A stretch of DNA of 64,000 nucleotides from Eledone cirrhosa (lineage: Eukaryota), in contig OZ024757.1 of assembly GCA_964016885.1 (NCBI GenBank), positions 12,648,001 through 12,712,000 on the forward strand, written 5' to 3'. Under the pieces are notes generated by a model. It saw only the letters and a list, made by a program, of their open reading frames with translations, made no database searches and was not told the origin of the DNA. A program made the position numbers and the translations under genes. Positions 37,825 to 51,300 of the stretch are shown here, piece by piece (the stretch's first letter is position 1; each line of letters opens with the position of its first letter).

Positions 37825-38425
37825 GATGGCTGCCAACTCGTTTTCGAGTACGGCCACTACTTTATATCCATGTAGGAGAACCCTTACCGATGCACTGAAC
37901 GAGTGTGACTTTTTAGTCCAGCCAGCGACTTGAAAACTCTGGTACAAACACTACACTTGTGACAATTATTGACACATAGTGCTGTGCCCATGGTACCATG
38001 TGATGACAAGTGCAGAGAGATCTCCAGATACAAAGCAATGCCTGTGCCGTGAAGCTTTTATAGTGAGCAAAGGCACTGCACAAAGCCAGTCCCACTCTCT
38101 TAACCAAGATGATATTTACCAAAAAGAAGAACAAGTCAACATCATTGGATACCATCAAAGTTGCAGGTGTTATATCAGAGTTTTCCTTCTCCTAGAATTC
38201 TGCCTTGACAAAGGCTAAGGGGTCATCTCTCTCGGTGATTTTGGATTGCCATTGACTCTTAAGAGCTCTTTTTCCCTTTGACAGGTTTTGTTTTTAGTCC
38301 TGCAGGATGTCCAAAGTCACCCTCCTCACCAAAAAATATTGGTGGGGTTGCCAGTTTAGTCGCCAACGACCCGACCATGAGACAGGTTGTACTGGGATAC
38401 ATGTTACCAGTAGCACCAACTGGTG
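37825..38425 (-). mobile_element. Unclassified ~600-bp insertion between TA tracts; the right end resembles an RTE-type 5' UTR
   Basis: Absent at the equivalent junctions ~48345-48385 and ~58368-58408; minus strand has GGGTCGTTGGCGACTAAACTGGCAACCCCACC. Confidence 0.45.
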
Positions 38426-38469
38426 ATATACATATATATATACATACATATATATATATATATACATAT

Positions 38470-38830
38470 ATATTCATTGATGTCCTCTCTTTAAGCCTTT
38501 TTCCTGCTGATTCAATCTTATATATCGTCTTACAGACTAAATAGAGGGTATTGTAGTGACCTACATTCCGAGGGCTCATGGATACATTCTCTGTGCGTTG
38601 TTTGGCTCAGTGCAGCCAATCGCTACCAGCTTAGGAAAATGTATCTCGACTTCTGCCCAGAGGGAAAAATTCCCGCAGAGATTCAAAACTCTCTCTCTTG
38701 CAGCTCGACACTGTGAAGTTAAACATCTCTTGCTTTCGTTCCTCAAGCATAGACAATATGTAGCAACAGATATCACTACATGTCTGGCTAACGCCTCAGC
38801 CATTTGATCGTACATCTTTAAATCTTTATA
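38470..38830 (-). pseudogene. Possible highly degraded Penelope GIY-YIG endonuclease fragment
   Basis: Minus-strand PRNVGHYNTLYLVCKTIYKIESAGKRLKERTS loosely resembles NVVY.I.C..C...YIGETGR.L..R; copies at ~48380 and ~58405. Confidence 0.3.
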
Positions 38831-41289
38831 ACCTTTTTATTGATAACATTAACTATCCTCTCAAGAGACATTCTTCTAACCTTTGTAATCTGTAAACAAA
38901 TTATATATAAACAATTACAAAGTCGTACGATGCTATTTTCCACAACATTGCTTTTAACATCTTCAATGGTGACTTCCGTCATACAATACACAAATACACA
39001 CATTCTCAACACAGACACCTACGAAACGTAAGAGTTTAAAGAAAGAAAAGTCTGTAATGGATAATTTCACTGCTATTTCCAGCAGTCAGATACACTACGT
39101 AGATATATAATTGATATTTTACTGAGTGATACCTTTTCATTTACTATCGATTAAATACGATTGGAACTGTCTGAATGTATTAAATTATATCAGGGACTTT
39201 TAACTAATGACACCGGTAAGGGAGTTAAATCATTTCCAATGACATCGAGTACCTGCTGTCTTCTTAATCTAATTATATCTTGTGTAACAATTATATATAT
39301 ATACACACACATACAATTTTAATTCCCCGACATCAGTCTTACACTGTCATATTTATTCTTACTTTACAATTGTGTCTACTCAGAGTTCCATTACAATCTG
39401 TAGTAGTAAAACTACTATTTCACCAGAACATCTGCTATCAGTCATTTATAGACAATATATATATATTTTAGACCACATATCAACCTAATATATATATATT
39501 TTCTATCAAATCTGTAGCTAAAGACATAAAGTCAGCCTCACTACTTCATTCTGACAAGATATCAATTTATGACTAAAGATGAAGAAGATACACCAACGTT
39601 AATGTCGTGAAATAAAGCTGATAACATTGAAACTTCTAATTTGATAACAAATAGATTATTTCTTTGGTTGTTTAGTAACAACTAACAACACAATACCTTG
39701 ATTATATGTGAAGGAGGTAAGTTGACAAAGATTTACTTAATGTCTATATTAATGTGTGTAAATAATATAATTATGTGAACCCTACAACGATCCAGAAATT
39801 AACCAGATTCCACTGATACATGTGATATAAAATATATTGTTATCATGACTGTCTTTATTATTTAAATTACCTCCGTCTATTTAATTATGTGGTTCACTAC
39901 CTTACATTATAAAATATAGTTTATATTTAGCTGTACCTTGTTATTTCAGGGAAGTTTTGTTCGTTTTAGTCTAAATCTATTTTGATATAATTTACTTCAT
40001 CTACATCATCATCATAGTTTTACGTCCGTTTTTCAATCCTTGCATGGGTTGGATGGGTCCTTTTAAGCACAACATCTCCACACTCGCTTGTTCCTTCGTT
40101 ATCTGTAAGTCTCAGCAATTTGAGATCAGCTCTCACCGCATCTACCCTCGTCTCCTTCTAGTATGGCTTCCCTTCTCTGGTTTTCCGTGGCACTTCTTTA
40201 ACCAGCGATTACCAATTTCTTCCTCATTTTATCCAAGCTCTGCCTCCCTCTCACATTTACGTTGCACACCCAACGAAGCATGGTTGCTCCATTTCTCTCC
40301 AGCTTACGCATGTCTACTGCAGTTACTGCCCATGTTTCACTTCCATGCAGTATTGCACTTTACACACAAGCATTGTACAGCCAACATCTTTGTACGGAGG
40401 GAGAAACCTGTATTTGCCAACAGTGGAAGTAGCTCTCCAAACTTCAATCCTATCCTCTCTTACGAAGCACCCTCCTCCGCTGCTAATTAGGTTACCTAGA
40501 TAGCAGAAGCTATCATTGTGTACAGTTTATGCCTACTTCTTTCCTACATATGTAGTAGGCTCACTTAGTCTCTAGTTCGTTTATGGATTCACCTATAGGA
40601 CCAAATCATTCACATTAGACTGTTTCCCGTCAACAGCCAGTCTTAAACCCATTAGTTATGGCCTGGAGAACTATGAAGAACAGCAGTTGGTTGTGAACTG
40701 AACCATGATGAACACCTACCTGTACATTGAATTCTTCACTAAACTCCCTTCCTACTCTCGCTTTACTGACAGCTCCTCTGTACATGGCATGCACTGCTCT
40801 CACAAGCCATTCTCCACCTAATTTTCTGAAGGACCACCAGATAGTAGAGTAAGGTACTCTGTCAAACGCCTTTTCTAGATCTAGGATCTTCTCTTGTAGT
40901 TGTGTCACTAACAAGTTTCATCAGTAATTCCAAAGAGAATGTCAATTATATGTGTGTGTGTGTTGAACAATGAACATAAAACAAAAGTCTAAGATTGCTT
41001 CTTAATTTATTCTCTACATTCATCAATCTCTCATAGTAACATTTCTAGGCCTCTTTCTTTTAAGCATCAGTGGTGCTAAGTGTACCAGTGTCATTTCTAA
41101 CACACTTTCCCTGTCTTGCAATGTGGAACACTTCACACCTCTGATCCTCATGTCTCAAGACGTTGGCAAACTTTCTTTTTTCAACCTCTCTCTGTGTTAT
41201 GTATACCTGTCTTCTAGCTTCTCTCTTAGCTACCTGGTCCTGGTCTGACGCCTCTATTTTTCCAGTCTTTCCATGCCTGTCACTTTTCT

Positions 41290-41332
41290 TTAACCCTTTA
41301 GCATTTAAACTGGCCATATCCAGCCAGAATGC
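41290..41332 (+). mobile_element. Possible piggyBac-type terminus fragment
   Basis: TTAA followed by CCCTTTAGCATTTAAACTGGCCATATCC, at a junction between RTE fragments; copy at ~51192. Confidence 0.4.
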
Positions 41333-42337
41333 TCCCTAAACTTCTTCCAACCCGTCCTTATTCTAGATACTATGGCCTCGGAACACCCCCCCCCTCCCAT
41401 GCTAATCTGATCACCTAGGTACCGGAAGCTATCAACCATATCTCCAGAACCCACCTGTATTTGAAAAATGTGTTTATCACTGTGATTACTACTGCCAACT
41501 TTCCCTGTACATCTACTGCATACATAGTTATCCCTACCTGTTGGTTTGCCTGCTATCCCACTACATCTCTTGTGTACCCAAACATCTGCATTGCGTACAT
41601 TTTATGGAATTTATGCCAGTTCCTTTCCCACATATTGAACATGGCCATTTCCCCGATGGAATCACAGTTTTGTCCTCTTTTCTACTCATCAACACTTTTG
41701 TTTAAACTATGTTCACACTCAGGCCTCTTGATTCCAACTGCTGTTTCCATAGCCAGAATTTATTCTCTAATCCCTCTACTGATTCTGCTATAAGAACCAG
41801 ATCATCAGCATAGAGAAGTTCCCATGGGCATCCAATCTTAAACTCCTCTGTTATGGCTTAGAGGACTATAATGAACAAGAGTGGGCTGAGGACCGAACCT
41901 TGATGTACACATACTTGTATCTGGAATTCCTCACTAAACTCCATTCCTACCCTCACTTTACTGACAGCACACCTGTACATAGCTTGTACTGTGCTCACAA
42001 GCCATTCCTCTACACCTAGTTTCCTTAGGGACCACCAGATGACAGATCAGGGTACCCTATCAAAGGCCCTCTCTAGGTCAACAAAAGCTAAGTTTAGTGA
42101 CTTATTCTTCTCTAAGAACCTCTCTTGTAGTAACCTCACTAAGAAGAGGGCTTCTGTTGTACTTTTCCGAGGCACAAAACCAAACTGCATCTCATCTAAA
42201 TTGACCTTTTCTCTAATCAGCTGCGCTAATATTCTCTCTGCCATTTCATAACCTGATCCATCAGCTTTATGCCCCTATAATTGCTCCTCTCTAGAGCATC
42301 CCCTTTATCTTTGTAGCAATTTATGAGAATACTGCTG
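41333..42337 (-). mobile_element. RTE family 2 fragment (paralog of ~28200-29192)
   Basis: QFGFVPRKSTT, DLERAFDRVP, YADD; same flank as at 29192; copy at ~51235-52237. Confidence 0.9.
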
Positions 42338-43916
42338 TACCTACATTATATGCTTTCATTATACCATTCTACTTAGATTATATATATTGCTTGTCATCAT
42401 CATCATCGTTTAACGTCTACCTTGCACGCTAGCATGGGTTTAGACAGGCATTGTCCCACTGGAGGTAAGATTTGTCAGGTGACCGTATCTCACTTGTATA
42501 GGACTAGATGGCAGGTTTTCTATGGCTGGATATCCTTCCTAACACCAACCACATTTACAGTGTAGACTGGGAGGTTTTTACCATGTTACTTACACGGCCA
42601 CATTACAGTGTGGACTGTGTGTTTTTTTGTCGTGACACCTACACGACCTCATTTATTTAGGACTGGATGTTGTGTTACCAACATAACTTTACAAAGAAAG
42701 GGTGGTGTTGATGGGGGTGTATATTTGGTTAAGAGGTGCCTACTGACTGTAGGTTTCGTTTTGTACATAGGCAAGGCGGGTCTTCTGTATTACTGAGTAG
42801 CGCCAAAGATCTCGGTCCAGTGACATTGTCTTAATGTATATATATATATATATACACACAATTATATATATATATATATGTGTGTGTGTGTTAAACTGTT
42901 CGTATACACGCATTATTCAACCTACCCTTTGTTTTGAGGAAAAAGCCTTTAGTAAGTTGCAGTGGTACTAGCATCCTGAACCTTTTCCATTCCATGTTCA
43001 CTCAGGCTGCTCTACTTTCAGAACACCCCCCCCCTCCACTGATGATATCATCACCCAATTGGAAAGACCAATGGAAACATTGTTTCCTTGGTCCAATTTG
43101 ACAAAAGTCAATCGTTGCTTCCTGTGAATGTTTGCTGCTTACTGCTCCTGTGCAATGGCCACATGTAAAACCTATATTCTTAGCTAACCTACCTGAGATC
43201 CCACTACATCTCTTGTGTACCCATTGTTTGTATTTTGGACAGAGAATAGAATTTCTACCTACACCTTTCTAACACACTGAGCAAGGCCATTTTCTGAGTG
43301 AAATCAGATATTGTATGGATTCAAATAGACTCGTAACTCCTGGTCTAAATACGGCCGATTTCTCCCAGAGAAAGATATAAAAGAAGTAAGAAAAAGATAA
43401 ATAGGAACAATTGACTCCTACTAATAAAAAGATGGAAGTTAAACTGGTGTTGACATATCACCAGGAGAGGAGATAATAGCTATGTTAGAAAGTCCTATCA
43501 GAATGAATTTTTCACTAAACTGCCACAGAGCAGACCTCTCTAGAGATAGAAGGATAACATTTATAGAGCGTGCTGGAATACCACTGTTTGCATTGGAGAG
43601 AATTACTCTGGACAGGAAAGTTGAAATCTACAGTTTACCAATATAGAAATATAAAGTTTCCACTGTTAAATCTATCTCTGCTTCTTAAGTATTCTGTATT
43701 ATCTCATACTGTTTCTTTCTTATTTCAGAATACCAGATGACATTGGGATAAATTATCATTTTCAATCTCGGATACATCACCTCTATTTATCATCATTTGA
43801 AGACTATTAACAGAAATCACAGTTGAGGGAAATATAGAAGATATATTTTTTAGGAATATAATCTAAAAAATATTACAAGTAAAACATTTGTATATTCTGT
43901 TGGAGATAAAATTATT

Positions 43917-44198
43917 ATGGAAAATAAATTGAGTGAAAAGGTTAAATGCGAAACACAATCGAAAATGTTTAGTATTCCTGGTGAGATGACAAAGGTTGGA
44001 GAAGAGAAACCATATCACTGCAATATCTGTGGTAAATCATTCAATAAACGTAGTACCTTAACTACTCACAATCAGTGTAATATCTGTGGTAAATCATTCT
44101 CTTTCAATGCTACATTAACTTCACACAAACATATACAGGTGGGAAGCCATATCACTTTGATATGTTTTGAAAATATATCTTTTAATGGAGCAATTTAA
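43917..44198 (+). pseudogene. Collapsed C2H2 zinc-finger gene (two incomplete fingers)
   Basis: Leader nearly identical to the ORF at 31227; finger 1 is cut after LTTH and fused to the post-stop degenerate finger [15 protein letters not shown]. Confidence 0.85.
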
Positions 44199-44377
44199 CT
44201 AAATATATGCATAGATGAGGGAAAACATATAATCATCATCATCATTTTACATCCGCTTTTCCCTGCTTGCAAGGGTGGGATGGGTCCTATTCAGCAAAGC
44301 ATCTCTTCACTTGTCACTGTCCTTCGTCATCTCCACCGTGAGCTTCAAACGTCTGCTCTCTCCACCTCCACCCATGT

Positions 44378-45080
44378 AAATCATTTTCTAATTTTGGTTT
44401 CACTACACACTAACATATACAGGAGAGGAACCATATCACTGTGATGTCTGTGATAAATCCTTCTCTAAATGTTGTGGCTTCACTAGACAGGAGAGGAACC
44501 ATATCACTGTGTTGTCTGTGGAAAATAATTCTCTAAATGTTGAGGCTTCACTAGACACTAACATATACAGGAGAGGAACTATATCACTGTGGTAAATCCT
44601 TCTCTAAATGTTGTGGCTTCACTAGACACTAACATATAGAGGAGAGGAACCATATCACTGTGTTGTCTGTGGTAAATAATTCTCTAAATGTTGAGGCTTC
44701 ACTAGACACTAACATATACAGGAGAGACTATATCACTGTGGTAAATCCTTCTCTAAATATTGTGGCTTCACTAGACACTAACATATACAGGAGAAACTAT
44801 ATCACTGTGATGTCTGTGATAAATCATTCTCTAAATGTTGTGGCTTCACTAGACACTAACATATACAGGAGAGGAACCATATTACTGTGATGTCTGTGGT
44901 AAATCATTCTCTAAAGGTTGTGGCTTCACTAGACACTAACATATACAGGAGAGGAACTATATCACTGTGATGTCTGTGATAAATCATTCTCTAAATGTTG
45001 TGGCTTCACTAGACACTAACATATACAGGAGAGGAACCATATTACTGTGATGTCTGTGGTAAATCATTCTCTTGTAAAGG
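44378..45080 (+). repeat. Zinc-finger-derived ~80-bp tandem repeat, about 8-9 units
   Basis: Same unit as 24685-25250, with some shortened variants. Confidence 0.9.
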
Positions 45081-46807
45081 TTACTTAATGAAACAGAAAC
45101 TCAATGAGACAAGATAGAAACTATGTCACTCACCTAAAATAGTGCCACCAATGTTAATATTTTGAATAAAACTGTTTTACTAAGAAATTATTCTTTCATT
45201 TTATTTGTAGAAGTTGTAACCAAGACTTGTGCTGTCAAATCTGTATTGTTCAGAATTTACATATGTCATATATGTGTGTAGAAATTTGTGTCGATGTATA
45301 TGTTTCTATCTGTGTTTGTATATAAGTATGAGCATATCTGTATTTGATTTATTTATTATGTATGTGTGTATATGTACGTCATCTTCATCAACATCATCAC
45401 TGTTTTTATGTTCGTTTTTCCATGCTTCCATGCTTCTCAACATGGCATCTTTCAACTTGTCGTGTTCCTTTGTCATCTCTGTGAGAGTCAATAATTTGAA
45501 GTCAGTTCACACAGCCGCTGTCCAGGTCTTGGTCTACCTCTACTATGGCTTCCTTCTACTGAGATGTCCTGGCACTTCTTCACCCAGCTGTGATTATCCA
45601 TGTGTATCACATGTCCGTACCAATGCAGTCTTCTCTCTTACACATCTCTTAGGATCCCTCTTAAACCCAGTTTCTCCCTCAACTTGTCCAAGCTCTGCCT
45701 TTCTCACACACTTAAATGGCATATCCAATGAAGCATGGTTGCTTTATTTCTCTCCAGTCTACACTTTTTTTCTGCTGTCACAGCCCTTGTTTCACTACCA
45801 TGCAGCATCATATTTTATTGGCAGGTGTTATACAGTCATCGTCTACTGCTAATTAAGTCACAGAAGCTATCAACCACTTCAATGTGTGTATAATTACATG
45901 TGTATCTTTATGGGTCTGTATATATATATGTGTATACATCTGCATAGATTTGCAGTATATGATACAGCTGGGAGAACATCTCATATTACCTGAGTCCTTC
46001 TAGCAGATCCAGCAAGTGACACATATATATATATATGTATAATATATATATATACATATATATATCGTCAGACTTTCGTCAAATTGGACCGAAGAAACAA
46101 TGATTCCATTGGTCTTTCCAATTGCTAATACTATATATTGGTCACAACTCCAGGTAGAAGGAGCAATGTGAAATAAAGTGTCTTGCTCAAGGACATAACA
46201 CATCACCCGGTTCGAGAATTGAACTCACAACCTTTCAATTACAAGCCAATGTTCTAACCACTAAGCCATATATATTATATATATATTACCAGCAGAATGG
46301 ACTGGAGATCGCTAAATCGCCTAATGCGGTCCCTAGGGCATCGAAAATTTGAAATTTTTCTCCTCTAAACACTGACAGGAGCATAAGTATTATATTTGTA
46401 AAGTTTGAAAACAATCGGTTGGGTGGTTCTTGAGTTTTAGGGAGTCAGACAGACAGACATTCTCTGTTTTAGATATATAGATATATATATTATATTATAT
46501 ATATATATATATTATATTATATATATATATATATATATTATATTATATATATATATATATTATATTATATATATATTATATTATATATATATATATATTA
46601 TATTATATATATATATATATTATATTATATTATATATATATATTATATTATATTATATATATATATTATATTATATTATATATATATGTTATATATATTA
46701 TATTATATTATATGATATATATATATATTATATAATATATATATATATTATATAATATATATATATGATATATATATATTATATTATATATATATATTAT
46801 ATATAAT

Positions 46808-47152
46808 ATCATCATCATCATCATTTCATTTTACGTCCGCTATTTCCCTGCTTGCAAGGGTGGGACGGGAACTGATTCTGGCTTGATTTCTACAGCTGGA
46901 TGCCCTTCCTAACACCAACCTCATTTACAGTGAGTGCTGGTTGCTTTTTTTGCCATGGCACCTCCACGACCAATTTGCAGTGGAATGATAGGGACCCCAG
47001 TCCCTATCATCTCATTTCTACAGCTGAGTAAACTGGAGCAATGTGAAATAAAGTGTCTTGCTCAAGGAAACAACACATCACCTGGTCTGAGAATTGAACT
47101 CACAACCTTTCGATTGCAAGGCCAATGCTCTAACCACTAAGCCATGTGCCTC
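46808..47152 (-). mobile_element. SINE family 1
   Basis: Full length, preceded by a TA/TTATA tract (~46480-46807). Confidence 0.92.
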
Positions 47153-47467
47153 CATAATATATATATATTATATATATATCAACCCACACTATAAAGTGGA
47201 CATGTAGGCACCACGGAAGGAAAGTACCCAGCACTCACTGTAAATGAGGTTGGTGTTAGGAAGGGCATCCAACTGTAGAAATCAAGCCAGAATCAGTTCC
47301 CGTATGAGCAAGACAAGGTCAGCCAACTGGATACTGCCCACATCAGGACAACCCGTCTAACCCATGCTAGCATAGAAGAACGGACGTAAAACAGTGTTGA
47401 TGATGGTATATATATATTATATACATATATTATTATATATATATCATATATTATATATATATATATA

Positions 47468-48345
47468 CAGATTCCGGACGATATTTGTTCTCAAGATTAC
47501 TGTCCAGGAAAAATTAACACAGTAGTTTTATTTTTTAAGATTTATTTATCAAACTTGGCTCAGTTTGTCTTCATGACTTGTTCTTTCAATCTCACTCCAT
47601 AACCTTGCCATTGGCTTTGATGACGGCCTTGAAACCGGCTACAGGCCTTCGTCACTGTCCCCTGACTTAGGCCCCTAAAGGCACTTGTGATCCTGGGCTT
47701 CAGATCATCTTTTGTATTGCAGCTGGATCTGTTAGTTTCTCGTTCCACTGCGCCCCACAAAGAAGTCAAGAGGGTTGCAGTCAGCCTAGCTGGGAGGCCA
47801 GATATCAGGGGAAGTGTGGTCGATGAAGTTCTCTGACAGCCAGGTTTGGACATTTTGGCTGGAATGGCAGGGCGCTGAATCTTGCTGCCACACGTATGAC
47901 CTACCTGCAGCTACCTGGTCGATCCAGGGCTTTCCTACCTCGCTCAGAACACGGATGTAGCCATCTGTGTTCAGCTTGAGACCCTCAGGGAAGCAGTGAG
48001 AGGGTATTACATCACCTTGACTGCTGACGACACCTAAGACCAATGTTGTTGCTGGAAACTTTATCTGCATGACTCTGGGCACGTCTTTGGATGAGACAGC
48101 GAGCCACCTGTTGTTCTGGGAGTTAATCTTCTGGTCTTATTTGTCCTCCCGATGCTGATTCCAAGAAGAACTCCGTGTCTCTTCCACAAATTTAAAGGTT
48201 CAAAATTATTCATAATCAATTATTCTGAAAATAAATAATGGAAATATATTCACTGTTTTTATGAGGACAAGAGTGACAACGGAAGTAAAAAAATTTTGCA
48301 CAAAATTAACAGTTGAAAATTGCGACCAAATATCGTCCACACCTG
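47468..48345 (-). mobile_element. Internally deleted DD37D maT-type transposon
   Basis: TA-CAGATTCCGGACGATATTTG ... CAAATATCGTCCACACCTG-TA; WQQDSAPCH motif. Confidence 0.88.
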
Positions 48346-51300
48346 TATATTTATATTTCATATATACATATATACATATATATTCATTGATGTCCTCTCT
48401 TTAAGCCGTTTTCCTGCTGATTCAATCTTATATATCGTTTTGCAGACTAAATAAGGGGTATTGTAGTGACCTAGGGCTCATGGATACATTCTCTGTGCGT
48501 TGTTTGGCTTAGTTCAGCCAATCGCTACCAGCTTAGGAAAATGTATCTCGACTTCTGCCCAGAGGGAAAAATTCCCGCAGAGATTCAAAACTCTCTCTCT
48601 TGCAGCTCGACACTGTGAAGTTAAACATCTCTTGCTTTCGTTCCTCAAGCATAGACAATATGTAGCAACAGATATCACTACATGTCTGGCTAACGCCTCA
48701 GCCATTTGATCGTACATCTTTAAATCTTTATAACCTTTTTATTGATAACATTAACTATCCTCTCAAGAGACATTCTTCTAACCTTTGTAATCTGTAAACA
48801 AATTATATATAAACAATTACAAAGTCGTACGATGCTATTTTCCACAACATTGCTTTTAACATCTTCAATGGTGACTTCCGTCATACAATACACAAATACA
48901 CACATTCTCAACACAGACACCTACGAAACGTAAGAGTTTAAAGAAAGAAAAGTCTGTAATGGATAATTTCACTGCTATTTCCAGCAGTCAGATACACTAC
49001 GTAGATATATAATTGATATTTTACTGAGTGATACCTTTTCATTTACTATCGATTAAATACGATTGGAACTGTCTGAATGTATTAAATTATATCAGGGACT
49101 TTTAACTAATGACACCGGTAAGGGAGTTAAATCATTTCCAATGACATCGAGTACCTGCTGTCTTCTTAATCTAATTATATCTTGTGTAACAATTATATAT
49201 ATATACACACACATACAATTTTAATTCCCCGACATCAGTCTTACACTGTCATATTTATTCTTACTTTACAATTGTGTCTACTCAGAGTTCCATTACAATC
49301 TGTAGTAGTAAAACTACTATTTCACCAGAACATCTGCTATCAGTCATTTATAGACAATATATATATATTTTAGACCACATATCAACCTAATATATATATA
49401 TTTTCTATCAAATCTGTAGCTAAAGACATAAAGTCAGCCTCACTACTTCATTCTGACAAGATATCAATTTATGACTAAAGATGAAGAAGATACACCAACG
49501 TTAATGTCGTGAAATAAAGCTGATAACATTGAAACTTCTAATTTGATAACAAATAGATTATTTCTTTGGTTGTTTAGTAACAACTAACAACACAATACCT
49601 TGATTATATGTGAAGGAGGTAAGTTGACAAAGATTTACTTAATGTCTATATTAATGTGTGTAAATAATATAATTATGTGAACCCTACAACGATCCAGAAA
49701 TTAACCAGATTCCACTGATACATGTGATATAAAATATATTGTTATCATGACTGTCTTTATTATTTAAATTACCTCCGTCTATTTAATTATGTGGTTCACT
49801 ACCTTACATTATAAAATATAGTTTATATTTAGCTGTACCTTGTTATTTCAGGGAAGTTTTGTTCGTTTTAGTCTAAATCTATTTTGATATAATTTACTTC
49901 ATCTACATCATCATCATAGTTTTACGTCCGTTTTTCAATCCTTGCATGGGTTGGATGGGTCCTTTTAAGCACAACATCTCCACACTCGCTTGTTCCTTCG
50001 TTATCTGTAAGTCTCAGCAATTTGAGATCAGCTCTCACCGCATCTACCCTCGTCTCCTTCTAGTATGGCTTCCCTTCTCTGGTTTTCCGTGGCACTTCTT
50101 TAACCAGCGATTACCAATTTCTTCCTCATTTTATCCAAGCTCTGCCTCCCTCTCACATTTACGTTGCACACCCAACGAAGCATGGTTGCTCCATTTCTCT
50201 CCAGCTTACGCATGTCTACTGCAGTTACTGCCCATGTTTCACTTCCATGCAGTATTGCACTTTACACACAAGCATTGTACAGCCAACATCTTTGTACGGA
50301 GGGAGAAACCTGTATTTGCCAACAGTGGAAGTAGCTCTCCAAACTTCAATCCTATCCTCTCTTACGAAGCACCCTCCTCCGCTGCTAATTAGGTTACCTA
50401 GATAGCAGAAGCTATCATTGTGTACAGTTTATGCCTACTTCTTTCCTACATATGTAGTAGGCTCACTTAGTCTCTAGTTCGTTTATGGATTCACCTATAG
50501 GACCAAATCATTCACATTAGACTGTTTCCCGTCAACAGCCAGTCTTAAACCCATTAGTTATGGCCTGGAGAACTATGAAGAACAGCAGTTGGTTGTGAAC
50601 TGAACCATGATGAACACCTACCTGTACATTGAATTCTTCACTAAACTCCCTTCCTACTCTCGCTTTACTGACAGCTCCTCTGTACATGGCATGCACTGTT
50701 CTCACAAGCCATTCTCCACCTAATTTTCTGAAGGACCACCAGATAGTAGAGTAAGGTACTCTGTCAAACGCCTTTTCTAGATCTAGGATCTTCTCTTGTA
50801 GTTGTGTCACTAACAAGTTTCATCAGTAATTCCAAAGAGAATGTCAATTATATGTGTGTGTGTGTTGAACAATGAACATAAAACAAAAGTCTAAGATTGC
50901 TTCTTAATTTATTCTCTACATTCATCAATCTCTCATAGTAACATTTCTAGGCCTCTTTCTTTTAAGCATCAGTGGTGCTAAGTGTACCAGTGTCATTTCT
51001 AACACACTTTCCCTGTCTTGCAATGTGGAACACTTCACACCTCTGATCCTCATGTCTCAAGACGTTGGCAAACTTTCTTTTTTCAGCCTCTCTCTGTGTT
51101 ATGTATACCTGTCTTCTAGCTTCTCTCTTAGCTACCTGGTCCTGGTCTGACGCCTCTATTTTTCCAGTCTTTCCATGCCTGTCACTTTTCTTTAACCCTT
51201 TAGCATTTAAACTGGCCATATCCAGCCAGAATGCTCCCTAAACTTCTTCCAACCCGTCCTTATTCTAGATACTATGGCCTCGGAACACCCCCCCTCCCAT

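Larger units (their letters stand above)
38470..48370. repeat. Segmental duplication unit, ~9.9 kb, copy 3
   Basis: ORF track and sequence recur at an offset of 9900-9903 bp (39280/49182, 43917/53820), rising to 10023 after a TA tract. Confidence 0.97.

Noticed and set aside
39005-39035. Third hammerhead (GAAACGTAAGAG)
   Set aside because: No upstream CTGANGA box or stem II.
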